Origin: Isurus oxyrinchus
Lineage: Eukaryota
Assembly: GCA_026770705.1 (NCBI GenBank)
Contig: JANJGN010000036.1
Span: 2,790,001 to 2,854,000 of the forward strand
DNA length: 64,000 bases
Reading direction: 5' to 3'
Shown piece after piece: positions 48,739-61,693 of the stretch; positions within the stretch are counted from its first letter, which is position 1, and each line of letters begins with the position of its first letter. Both the position numbers and the translations under genes were made by a program. A model generated the notes under the pieces. The model did not search any database. It was not told where the DNA came from and was given only the letters and a program-made list of their open reading frames with translations.

Positions 48739-49426
48739 ATTATCTGAACCCCTCCCTATCTCCATAATCACCTCCAGCCCCACCGTGACCTTCTCTGTGA
48801 CCTTCTCCAGCAACTGTAAACCTCCATATCTCTGTCAGTTTTTTGCATCCTTACAACAATCTCTGCAACATTCACCAGCCACCACAACACTCACCTATCT
48901 CTGTAATCTCCTCCAGCCCCTGAAATTCTTATCCGTTTGCGTGGCCGAGTGGCCCACTCCTGCTCCTATTTTGTATATTTGCGTGTTTATATACGCTGCA
49001 GGAATTCACCAAGGCTCCTTCATCAGCACCTTCCAAACCCATGACCACTGCCACCTAGAAGGGCAAGGGCAGCTGATGCATGGGAACATCCTTGCAGAGA
49101 GAGAGAGAGAGTGAAATAGACAAAGGGAGGCCAATAGCCAGGGAGCACCGATTATTAAAAGGGGCATAGAGCACAAGAGCAAGGAGGTTATGTTGATTAT
49201 TTATTAGGCACGAGTTAGGCCTCAGCTCGAGTATTGTGCCCTGTTCTGGGTGCCACAATTTAGGAAGGGTGTGAAGCCACAGGGCAGAGTGCAGTAAAGT
49301 TTTACGAGAATGGTTCCATGGGTGAGGAACTTCAGTTATGGTGATGGATTGGGGAATTTGGGACTGTTTTCCTTGGAGAAAAAAAAATGAATGAGGGCAG
49401 AATCTATAGAGGTACACAAGATCCTG

Positions 49427-49735
49427 TTGGGGTGTTTGTGACACACTGGTTAATGCCCCTACCTCTGAGCCAGTCGCTCCAAGTTCGAGTGCCACTCAGG
49501 ACTCGATGGCCATGGAAGGTGCGTCCATAACGTGGCCGAACTGGTTTATTATCAGCCTGGAAATCCTTCCAATGTGTCAGATGGCAGACGGTAGAAGTGG
49601 GAGAGACTCCAGGTCAGCCAGAACCTGCTGAAGGCAATGGCAAAGCACTGCAACACCTTGTCAAGCATAACCATGGAGTAAGGCATGGAAGGCAAAGGCC
49701 ATCTTAGGACAGGGTACCTGAAGAAGGAGAGATTT
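49427..49735 (+). mobile_element. tRNA-head SINE with RTE-like body, inserted in a CR1 fragment
   Basis: A-box-like TGACACACTGG, B-box-like AGTTCGAGTGCC, and GAAGGCAATGGCAAAGCACT (RTE/Bov-A-like). GAA-rich tail. Candidate TSD AAGATCCTG (49418-49426) / AAGATCATG (49736-49744). Confidence 0.65.
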
Positions 49736-50109
49736 AAGATCATGAGGATTCTGGACACTCAGAGACGGTGAGAAACTATTTGTGCGTTTTGAGTATAACA
49801 ACATTGTTAGCATCTTATCAGTCAATACAGGCTGCAAAATATATTCTATGAATCCAGGCTTGTAATATCCAGACAAGCAGATACACACAAACTCAGGTAT
49901 ACAAATACAGACAGACAGACACAGACACACATGAGAGAATAATTCCCATATGTCACATATCTGTTTTCCTTCCTTAGGTCTGGGGATGAAAACTCTCCTC
50001 AGTAATCCAGGTGTTCTCTCAGCAAAACACTTGCAGCAAGATGTGCTTACTCTTAAACTCCAACCCCTTTGCAATGAAGGCCAAAAGTTCATTTACCTTT
50101 CTCTTGGTT

Positions 50110-50318
50110 ACCCCTCGATTAGATTCTAGTCTGTAACTCACTCCCGGTTACCTGTTATTCTACATATTAACCATCCCGAACCCCTTGATTGGATTCTAGT
50201 CTGTAACTCACTCCCGGGCATATGTTAACTGATATATAAACCACCACAAACCTTTCTATTAGATTCCAGTCTGTAACTCACTCCTGGGTATCTGTTATTC
50301 TATATATAAACCACCTCG
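50110..50318 (+). repeat. ~70-bp tandem repeat, 3 copies
   Basis: gattagattc(t/c)agtctgtaactcactcccggg..tgttattcta.atataaaccac, three times. Confidence 0.85.
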
Positions 50319-50349
50319 AGGAGATTCCAGCACTTCCACATCACAAGTT

Positions 50350-50690
50350 GAGAAAGGGATCTCCCTCCATTTTAAAGATGAAGAAGGGATCTCACTCTAA
50401 TGTTAAGGTTGAGAAAGGATCTCCTTGCATTTTAAAGATGGGGATGGGATCTCCCACAATTTTCAAAATGGAGGTGGGACCTCTCTTCAATTGAAAGAGG
50501 GAGAAGGGATCTCCCTCCATTTTAAAGATGGGAAAGGAATCTCGCTTCATTTTAAAGATGGAGAAGGGACCTCCCTCCATTTTAAACATGGAGATGGGAT
50601 TTCCCTCCATTTTAAAGATGTAAGACGGATCTCGCTCCATTTTAATGATGGAGAAGGGATCTCCCTGCAATTTCAAGATGGGGAATGGAT
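50350..50690 (+). repeat. 30-bp minisatellite array 3, ~11 units
   Basis: Same unit. The entry sequence (ttccagcactt..catcaca) is shared with array 1. Confidence 0.92.
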
Positions 50691-51239
50691 ATGTCACAGG
50701 ATATGTTACTTTATACCCAGTAATGATTACAAATCTTTGAACATTTCCACTTTTCCCCTGCTCTGCCTCTTTCCTTCATCCTGTCTCATTCCTTCTCTTG
50801 CTTTCCCACCCCATCTTCCAGTCACTCTCACCACATTTCTCTGTTTCCCTGTCTAACCCCATCTCTTTATCCCACACTCGCTCCCCTCTTTTCAGCTCTT
50901 ACTCTCTCACCCCATCCCTGTTTTTTGGCGCGATCCCCAATATCTATCTCACTTTCTCGTCCCATCTGTCTTTCTCTCTCACCCTGTCTTTCTGCTACTC
51001 TGTCCCTCTATCTCTTGTTCCATCTATCATTCTCTCTGTCACTCTCTTCCTCCGTTGCTCTACTCCTCTCTCTGTCACCCCCATCTCTCTCCCTCTCCCN
51101 NNNNNNNNNNNNNNNNNNNNNNNNNNNNNNNNNNNNNNNNNNNNNNNNNNNNNNNNNNNNNNNNNNNNNNNNNNNNNNNNNNNNNNNNNNNNNNNNNNNN
51201 NNNNNNNNNNNNNNNNNNNNNNNNNNNNNNNNNNNNNGC

Positions 51240-53065
51240 CAAAATTGGATGTGAAGCTGAACGGAAAATATTTTCAGGGTCACGGCGAAAAGGCAGATGA
51301 GTGAGACCAGTGAAACGTGGATACAAAATTGGCTGAGGGATAGCTTGGGTATTTATCAGGCTGGAAGTAGGATTGCACTGGAGTTCCCCAGGGGTTGATA
51401 TTGGGAGCTTTGATTTTCCTGATTTAGATCTTGGTGTGCAGGGGCCCAATTCAGAGTTTGTGGATGGCACAAAACTTGGTAGAATTGTAAACACTGAGGG
51501 GGACAGTGTAGAGCTTCAAAATAATATTGACAAGTTGGTGGAGTGAGCAGATAGTTGGCCAATGATGTTCAATGTGGAGAAGTGTGAGGTGATGCATTAT
51601 GGTAGGAGGAACATGGACAGACAAAATAAAATGAGGGGTGAAATTTTGAAGGTGGTGCAGGAGCAGAAAGACCTGGGTGTATATGTGCAAAATCACTGAA
51701 GGCTGCAGGACAGGTTGAGAGAGTGGTTTATAAAGCATATCGTATTTGGGGCTTAAGTAATAGGGGCATTGTGTACAAGAGCAGGGAGGTTCTGCTGAAT
51801 TTGTATAAGACACTAATTAGACCTCAGCTGGAGTATTGAGTATGGTCCTCAGAGCCAGACTACAGGAAGGATGTGATTCCTGGGGCAGTGTGATTACGTG
51901 GGATGGAATTGAATTTTACACCTCTTCTGTGTTTGATATTGGAGTCATCTTCACTTGGGGTGTGTTGTGTTTTGTAGACATTTTCATATATTTGTAAAAT
52001 AATTCCCTTTTTTCATAGGCTGCATCAGGTTCAGTGTGAACTGGAGCTTGGCATCCATTTTAAAAATTGTTTGAAAATATTTTTAAACTTTGGCCCCTAG
52101 TTCCAATCTCTCCCACAAGGAGAAACATCCTCTCCACATCCACCCTGTCAAGTCCCCTCAGGGTCTCATTCTTTCACTAAGATCACCGCTACAAATTCTA
52201 AACACCAGTCGATACAGGCCCAGCCTGTCCAACCTTTCCTCATAAGAAAATAAGAATCATTTCCTCATAAGATCAGAGATGATGAGAAATGCCTCACACA
52301 ATTGGCCTTGTCCTTAGCTTCATTGTTTTCTGAGCAACAATCATTTTCTATTCTGACTGCACTAAACCAGGCCTCTGTTTCTATTACACGAGACCCTGCC
52401 TCAGTTATCACTGCACGAGACATTCTCTAAGTCGATATAACATGTGGCCATGTTTCTGCAAATGTTACATTTCACCCGGTCTCTGCTTGGACTGCACATT
52501 TCCCTGCATATCACACAATAGGCCCTGTCTATACTTGGTATCTAACCCCATGCTGCCGCTTCCCTGGACCTGGTTGACAGGACAGAGCAGAGGGAATTTT
52601 GGTCTCTATTGAACCCCATACTCTATTTGGGTTGGTTGTGTTTGTTGAACAGTGTGGATGAAGCTTTACACTGGAATTTAGGTGAGGGGATGATTTGATG
52701 AAATATTTCAGGTTAAAAATGGAAATAGAGGTGGTTGATAAAGAGTAACTATTTCTGCCGGTTTGGGGAGTCAAAACCTTGGGTCCATGGTTTTTAGACG
52801 ATGTTTAGAAGTTTAGAATTTCAGGAGAGAAACTAAGAAACACTTTAAAACATCAAGAGTAGTATTAGTTTGGAACTCTCTCACGTGAATAGAAATTGAC
52901 GGTCAGCCACCAGTCCATGTTTAAAACTGAGGTTGATAGATTTCTGAAACCTAAAGGGTACAGAGATATGAGACAAAGCGGTTCGATCACAGATCAGGCA
53001 GGATCTCATTGAATGCCAAAACAGGGTTGAAGGGTTAATTGGCCTCTCTCCCTTTCCATGTGCTA
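51240..53065 (+). mobile_element. CR1 fragments (RT C-terminal region and 3' end; a short - strand piece ~52080-52250)
   Basis: tttgtggatggcacaaaactt (FADDTKL-like) and ttcaatgtggagaagtgtgaggtgatgcat (FNVEKCEVMH). 3'UTR near 53000-53065. Confidence 0.75.
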
Positions 53066-53827
53066 TGGATAATATCCGTTATTCACTCTCTGGCTCTCAG
53101 TCACCCACTCAGTCTGACGGTCTCTATTTCTCATTCACTGGATCTGTGTCTTCTCTCCCTCCCTCTCTTACCCTGAGAATCTAGTCTACAAACACCAGTC
53201 AGCCAGTTTAGGTTAGTTCACAGTGACCATTTTATGTTCCCACAGCACTGGAACTAGGCCAGAGTGACCCCTCACTCATCTAACTACCTTAAACGTGACA
53301 GAGTCACAAGTATGGAGACATAAATTCCACAAGTATTCCTTGGAATATACTTGGGCGTTCAGTCCCACACTTTGCTGTTGTGAATTTGAATCCTGAATTA
53401 TCTAAAATTGAATCTGGAATTAAAGCCCCCAGGATGGAATGATTCACATTCTGTCTGCTGCTGCAAAGCCTGTGTGTGTCTCAGTTTCTCAGTATATATT
53501 AATAGTTTAAGATAACTGGATAGAATGCCATAAATCAACTCAGTCATAAGTGTCCCAATACTCTGACCAATATCATTCTTTCATTGTCTGCCTCTTCATC
53601 CCCTCTCACTCTGTGTCCCCCTCTTTAACATTCCCTCGTTCTGCATCTTCTATGCTTCTCTCTCTCTCTCTCTCTCTCAGATTCTGTAAGATAAATCCCC
53701 AAACACCAGTCAGCTATTTCAGGTCTGTTCACATTGGCCATTTTATGTTCCCACAGCACTGGGACATTTATGACAGAGTTGATTTCGCACGAATGTGCAA
53801 TTAGCACTCTCAATGTGACAGAGACAC

Positions 53828-54000
53828 AGGGATCTCCCTCCATTTTGAAGATGGGGAAGGGATCTCCCTCCATTTAAAAGATGGGGAAGGGATCTCCCTC
53901 CATTTAAAATATGGAGAAGGGATCTCCCTCCATTTTAAAGATGGAAAATGGATCTCCCTCCGTTTTAAAGATGGAGAAGGTATCTGCCTCCATTTGAAAT
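53828..54000 (+). repeat. 30-bp minisatellite array 4, ~6 units
   Basis: Same unit. The exit sequence (agggt.gtt.t.gctccatttc) is shared with array 2. Confidence 0.92.
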
Positions 54001-54352
54001 ATTGAGGGTCGTTTTCGCTCCATTTCATCAGTTTTCTCTCTCCCTGCCACTTTTGCCTTTCCCCGACTGTCTCTCTGATTCTCTCTCGCTCTCCATGTCT
54101 ATTTCGGACACTCACTCCTCTCTCTCTGTCTCTCTCCCTCACCACATCCATTTTTCTTTCACTCAATTGCCTCTCTCTATCTCTTTCTTTTGCCCTCTCT
54201 CTCTTTCTCTCACATCCCATTTCCCTGTCACTATGTCCCACTCTCTCTCTTGCCCCATTTCTCTGCCTCTCATCCTCTCTCTGTCACTGCCTCTCACTCT
54301 ATCTCTCTGTCACTCTCTGACCGTCTGTCTATTCTGCCCCTTAGACACCAAT

Positions 54353-54385
<33 letters not shown>

Positions 54386-57300
54386 AACACCCTCACATAC
54401 ACACACGCACACAGACTCACAAAGATATTTTCTTCCTCTCGCACACATACACACACATTCTCTCTTTCACACACCCACACAGGTATGTTCTCTCTCATGC
54501 ATAGGCACACACACACACAGAGACAGGTATATTCTCTCTCACACACACAAACACACCAACACAGGTATTTTCTCTCTCATGCATAGAAACAGGCACACAC
54601 ACAAGTTTATATTCTCGCTCTGACATAGACGTTTTCTCTCTCTCCCAAGCACACATGCACTCACAAACTCGCACAGATATATTCTCAAAAACAAGCAGAC
54701 AGACACTCATTCACATACCCTCACACACACATTCTCTCTCAACACACACATATAAGCTCGCACAGATATATTCTCTCATACACACAGACACATAAACAAA
54801 CATACCCTCACACATGCACAGTCACACTCACAAATATATTCAGAAATAGTGATCAGAAAAGGGTCATAGTTACAGTCCTAGAATAGTCCAGCACAGGAAG
54901 AGGCTATTCGGCTCATCCAGATGTGCTGGCTCTTTGGAAGAGGAATCCAGTTAGTCTCACTGCCACACTCCTTCCCCTATAATACTGCATGTTATTCTCA
55001 TTCAATGATTTATCCGATTCTCCTTTTGAAGGATCCTATTGAATCATTAGCAACCTCCCCAGCAGACAATGCATTATATATTTGTGTTCTGAGGTATTTT
55101 GGTGCCTGTGTACAGAAATCAGATAGAAAGTTAACATACAGGAAGAGCTAACCAGGAGGAAGGCAAATGTAGTGTTGGCCTTTTTGCAAAGGGATTGGAG
55201 TACAAGAGTAAGGAAGTCTTACTGCAAGTGTTTTGCTGAGACCACGCCTGGAATATTGAGGAGGGTTAACAGATAATTGACATATGTGAATTATTTTCTT
55301 ATACACGTGTGTCTGTCTGCTTGGATATTTCAATGTTGGATTCATACAGCATAATTTGCAGTCAAGATTGTCTGATCTGATGCTGCAAGTTTTGTTATAC
55401 TCAATAATCGATGTTCCCTGGTTATTGTCCTCTCTTTGTCTCTCTCTCTCTCTCTCTCTCTGTGCATCTGTAAAAAGGAAAATTCACCAACATCAGTCAG
55501 CCATTTTAAGTTTCTTCATCATGGCTATTTTCTCCTCAAATCCAAGTCTCATCGGAGCAAGATTTACTCTTGTGCACCAAATATTTGACAATGTAAACCA
55601 AATGCAATTGATATAAAGTAAGATCACAGATAGCCAGTGATCTCATTCAGTGCCAGAACAGGATTGAGTGATTAAATGGAATCCTCCTCTTCCCTTGTGC
55701 TCTGACCAATATCCTTCTTTCACTCTCTGTCTCTCGGCCCCCCCTCTCTTTTTTACACTTGCACAGCCTGTGACTTCCCTAAGTCTCTCCCCTTCCCTCT
55801 GACACACTAATGACAGATTTGTCTCCTCACTAAGATATCATTAGTACTTTAAAAATGACAGAGACAAAGCTATGCAGACATAAACGCTGATTGTATTCCC
55901 TGGCATATTGAATGATTAGGTGCAACTTGAGCAAAGTTTACAGGAAAATAATGGAAACTGATAGGTAGATAGAGAGAAATGCTTTCTGGTTGTGGAGCTT
56001 AAGACGAGGATCATAATCTAAAAATTTAGCAATAGTCTGAAACCCTTTCAAGAGTGAATTGAAGAAACACTTCTTCACACAATGGGATGTAGAAATTCTG
56101 TAAATTCTGTAAATGGCCACTCCCTATCTCCTGTCCCACCATCCTCCAATATCAGTTTTCCATTAATTCCTGCTCTCTGAATTCTCAGACTAGAAAATTA
56201 GCTGGAACCTTTCTTTCCTGAAATCTGTGTTTGCTGTTTGTTTCCGCTCTGCCCCTTCTCTCTTTCTCTAAGTCCTTCTGTCTCTCCCTGCCATAAGAAT
56301 GTAAGAATCTAGAAATGAGGGCAGGAGGAGCCCATCCGACCCTTCCCCCTCCCTCCGTCATTCCTTATTGAGCCTTTGGTTTGCTGCCTCTGGGTAGATT
56401 CATACAACACACACGGCAAAGTCTTTTATACGATGGGAAGCAGCCAACACTGTTTCACTCAGTGCACATGCTACATTCATGATGCAATGTTATAATATCA
56501 TTTCAGACAACTGTCATCACACAGGGGCTAAATTTCACTGGGTCAACATTCTCACCAAACACTAAAGCTTCCCACAAAGCAGGGCTCACAAATCCAACAC
56601 GATTTTCCTTGGTTGATTCTGCCTGGACTTTTCTGATTCTCTGATGGATTCCTGGTGAATATCCTCCACATGAGCATTCGCCCTAATCCCGTGTACCTGT
56701 CCTGCTCCCAAACACGGCATCCGACTACAATAAAGCAAGTGATAGTGGACCGTCTGATTGACTAAGACAGGTGAGTATCCATCCTGACCCAGGTGTGTAC
56801 GTGACAAGGATTAATTCCAGAGACAATAGAAACTGGGCTTCACTCTGCACATAAACCGTGCTGTATCTTCACTCAGAATTGGATGGGATGGTGCAGATGT
56901 GGAGAAGTTAATCCTTCAAAATCATATCAAAGTGTGTTTGAAATGTGTTGAGGGTTTTTGCCTATCCCATCCATTCAGAGAGTGAGTCGCTGATCCCCAC
57001 CAGCTGATGGGTGAAAATATTACTCCTCTGTTCCAATTAAACCATTCAATCAATGCTCCCTAGTTATTGACCTCTCCGCTCAGGAAGGAAGGATCCTCCC
57101 TATCCACACTCTGTAGGCCCCTCATCATTTTATATCATCAATTCTTTGGTAGTCGGGTTTCAGCAGGACTGGAGTTGGGAGAGAATCCTGACCTGAGCAT
57201 CACAACCTGTCCTAACCTTATACACCTTCGAGCAAACCGCCCCTCAATGGGATCAAACCCAGTTTCTCCAAACTCAGCATGGAGCTAAAATCCCTCATTT

Positions 57301-58819
57301 CTGCTGATTTTTCCACTCTCAAATATTCTAAGGATCTCGATACTTCCCCTCTCAGTCTTTGTTTTCCACACAGTATTCCTCACTCCTGCTCCTTTTCCAA
57401 AATGTCTGCATCGCTCCACTGCCCTTTGCAAACACAGACACAGGGGAATTGGATTTTAGAGCTTTAAACTTTTATGAGCGAAATTTTGAAACATTTCTAA
57501 ACACAAAAGATGGTAGAAATTTGGAAGTGACTTCCCTAAATGCTGCATCCTAATCAGTCCCAAGTTGTTAAGGGAACAATGGACAAAGTTGTCCAAGTGT
57601 TAAGGGGAACTGATGGGATATTATTTCGGAAGTGTCTTCCCCAGGCAGCAATTGATGCTGAGTCACTGGTTGATTTTTAAATCTAAGGTTGACCTTATCT
57701 TCGCATACCTGTCACCAAATCAATACTAAAATAAAAATATTTCACAGCTGGACTCACACAACACAGACAGCAATGAATGTTACATTTTGGAAATGCTGTT
57801 AATGTTGTTAAACATCACTGCCTTTTCTGTAAGAACCATTTTGAAATGTCTATAACGTTTCTTTTATTGTATTGAAGCACCTCAGAGTGCTACATGATTT
57901 AAGTAGAAAAACTGAATATCATTGCACTTTCTGAAATGTTTTGTAATCTTGCAAATATTTTATGAATAAAGAATAATTTTGCAAAAAAAAGTTTCTATGT
58001 GAGTGTTTCTGAGATTCAATGTATCTATTCATGATTTAAGATGGTATGATAGAATGCTTGCTGAAATACCATGAAGCTACAAACAGCGGACAGTGGATGT
58101 TGAAAGAGAGTTGAGGGTCCATACATTTTAGCGCCGGGCAGCTTTACTCAAATGATACCAGGAAGGGGTAAATTACAAAGTGGGATTACACAAGGTCGGA
58201 ATATATTCCCTGGAATTTAGAAAGATCAGAGGTGATTTCATCCTGCACTTCAACACGCTTGGGTCGGAGAAGTTTAGTACTGTATTCTACAAGTGTTGAT
58301 TGATGCTCAGACAATTGTTAATTTTTAAATATAATATTGAACTAAATTTATTCTGTCACTCTCTGTCCCCTGGTGTGTGTGTGTGTGTGTGTGTTTCACT
58401 CCCCATTCTCTGAATCTCTGTAAATCTCCTCATACATCGATCAGACATTTTGTGTTTGTTTATGGTGGCCATTTTCTCCCTAAAGCTCTGTATATTCACA
58501 GCAAATCAGAAAGTTTCGATCCCAGGGTTAGAACAGTAAAGGTGTGCATATAGGTGATTATGAGAGTGTCTAGCAGAGACTGGTAAAGGTGTGTGTGTGA
58601 TTCTGATATTATCCAGCAGGGGTATGGAACAGTGAAGGTGAGTGGGGTAAACCAGCGCTCTACTGTAGGTTGATATAAACTGTGTTTTAAACATTTTTTG
58701 CCTGGGGAAATTTGCACCAGTGCCCCCATTGTTGTGTCCGGTCCTTATTAACCTGATTAATATTGAAAATGATGTGTCAACCTGTACCACCCTCTCCCTG
58801 CAGGCGGCAATCCAGTGAC

Positions 58820-59240
58820 TTAGTTGTTGGGGAAGCAATGTGGGCACATTTTCCCACAATCCCCCGCGGGGCGGGAACGTCATCTATCAGTTACACGGGC
58901 CGCGCTGCACTCTGGGAGGGAGAGACCAGCGCACAAGCGCAGCTCCGCTCCCCACTGCACGTACTGGTTTTTATTTATTATTAATAATCATTATTTATTG
59001 TTAACAATAATAATCACATACCGGCCGGGTCATAATCCCAGTTCCCGGCTCATCGTGAAGAGTCGCTTTTTCCTTTTCGCTTTACTATTTAAAGGGGAGG
59101 AGCCGTCGGTGACCTCAGGCCAACATGGCGGAGAAAGCACCGCCCCCTCAGCAGTTGGAAAGAGCAGCAGCCGGGCCGGGGTGTGGTTTAGAGATGTCCA
59201 AGGGATGAGCAGCCGGTGGAACAGTAGGTCTTGAGGAGAG
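58820..59240 (+). promoter_or_regulatory. CpG-rich promoter-like element (ZNF143/Staf, GC-box, YY1 motifs)
   Basis: TTTCCCACAATCCCCCGCG (58850-58868) is a perfect match to Staf consensus YYWCCCRNMATSCMYYRCR. A second site on - at 58901-58919 has 2 mismatches. Also GGGGCGGG 58868-58875, TATTTAAA 59086-59093 and CAACATGGCG 59121-59130. Confidence 0.6.
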
Positions 59241-59693
59241 TGAGACCGGCCCCTAGCGGACAGGAGTGGAAACAGCAGCAGAAACTCTCTCTTCGCAAAG
59301 GCTCCAGTTCAGTTGTTAGAGGCTCTGGGAACCTCTTCAAATATAAATTTCAGCTTCTAAATCCATCACCAACAAGAACCATTCCCTCTGCAGAGCAGCT
59401 TTACTCTCCATTCCCAGCCTGTATTCCACTTTGTTCGCAACAACTGTGCTTCCAGATACTTTACACCCTGAGATATTTACAGCAAAAACTAGTCCTGGAT
59501 CACATTTAATAATTGTTTTGGGGTCAGAATTCAGTCATATCATCAATTACATTCCCAACTTGGGCTATGGGGATATATTTGTATTGTCTCATTTCACAAG
59601 AAAAAACAACGAGATTTTCAACTCTGCTTATGTTATTCTTTTAATAACTTACCTGGGTTGACTCGACTGAGATTGACATTAACCCTCCCTGCT

Positions 59694-59730
<37 letters not shown>

Positions 59731-61693
59731 GGTGTGCGGGTGTGTATGTGTGAATGTGCCTATAGGTGTGAGGGTATGCGTTTGTATGAGTGTATGCCTG
59801 AATGTGTTTATGACTGTGTGTACCAGTGAGTGTCTGTGTATCTGATTGTGGATGAGTGTGTCTGTGTATGCGACTGTAAGTGTGCAAGTGAGTGTGTGTC
59901 TGTGTGAGAAAGTATGTGTTTCTTTATACATGTGGGTGACTGTGTTTTGTGTGTGTGTGTCTTTGTATGCAAGTGCATGTGTGCTTGTCTGTGTGTGTCT
60001 GCAAGACTGAATGTGTGTGTGTGAACATGGCTGAGTGTGTGTGAGGTTGTCTGTGTATGCGAGTGTGTACTTATGATTGTGGGTGAGAGTGTATATGTGC
60101 TCGGCTATGCGAGTGTGTGCGTGATTGAGTGTGTCTGTGTGAGATTGATATTATAAAGCAGCAGCACATGCCACCTTTGGAACAGAATCACTTTACCCAC
60201 CCTGTGCCCAGTTTCTGTTTACAGTATACAGAAATAACTAAGATATCATTCGGCCTCTGTGTGGTTATTGTGGTTTGGGGAAGGGTCACCAGTTTCACCA
60301 GAGTCAACACTGCTTTATGAAAGTTAAAGTTTCTTCGTTGGCGCTTTTTTGATGTTTGTGGCTGGCAGGGAAAATAAGGGGCAAGAGTGGAGTTATTGCA
60401 TTTGGATTGCAAATCAGCTGGCCTCTCTCTGTGTCACCGAAACCTACAGGGGTTCAGATCAAGAGATGAAAAATGGGAAAAGATTGCAGAGCTCTTCACT
60501 TCAGGGGCAGCACGGACACAATGTGAATAAAGGCTGCAAGGAAGTGAACATAAATTCTCTCACACATTTTCTTTGTGTTTTCAATTAGTTTTTTTTTCCT
60601 AGGGCAAAGAATCTGTGTGATAAATTGAGAAAACTATCTTGGAAACATAATTAACAAAAACCTTTAGCAAAATCCAACGTGTCGTCTGGTTAAAGATTGA
60701 CAATGTATTGTAGAGGAGTTACAGAGTACAGCAAAGTTTATCTCTCCCATTCTGAATGAGATTACAGTCTGATAACTGAACCAAACGTGCACATTGCAAT
60801 CTGAAATAATTCCCAACTACCATCGCTAGACAATATTTCCAATGGGGAATGAGCAGAGAGCTCATGCAAAGGTCAGGTAGTAAAAAAGGCGAATACACCA
60901 CCCGAGCGAACTGTGCACCCGGATTGAAACTTCAATCCCTTACACTATTGGTCAATATTCACTCTTCATCAGTCTGTTTCCAGATGCAGCCACGCCGCAG
61001 CTGAACTTCTCTGAGACTGCCAAAGCGCAGCACCTGTAGTGGGGGTGAGCAGCCAGCAGAGGGTGGGCTTGTATCACTTTAATCACAAGACAGTGAAACT
61101 GGTTTGAGAAGAGGCCTTTTAAAATTCATTCCTTCATCAAACGATAACAAGAGACAAAACACTGACAAACGATGCGAGTCCAGGCTGCATCACTGCCTGT
61201 GCAGAGGAAGACAGAAATCCCAATCAAAACACCTGGTACCCTGTAGAATGCACAATGAACACCGTGCATAAGGAGATGAAACTGTTCAGAAATCTCTCAT
61301 GTGTCACAATCCGAGGCCTCGTTTCAGTTTGACATCCTGATTGCCATAAATGTGTGAGCAAACGTTCCAGGGTAAAACAATTAATAAATCTATCAGTGAA
61401 CCGCTGGCTCCAGCGCTCTGAACCACATCCCAACTCTTCCTATTTTGGGTTCTAATTGGGGCATCTTGGTGAAAGTGACACCGAGCTCACTGCGCGCAGT
61501 GGGAGCATTGACCAAATAAAAATAACTGAACAGAATCTCAACACAATAACATCCCTGCAGCTGGGAAACAATTGTAGAATTATCCAAACAAACTAGCTGA
61601 CAAGAGTCTAAAGATTTATTCTCCATTTATATTGCATGTCTGTTATATTGTATAGTGTGACATGGAAAAGGTCGGTTTTCCTCTTTACGGAGC

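Noticed and set aside
59645-59660. ACTTACCTGG resembling the U1 snRNA 5' end
   Set aside because: Similarity stops after 10 nt. It is just the reverse complement of a consensus splice donor.
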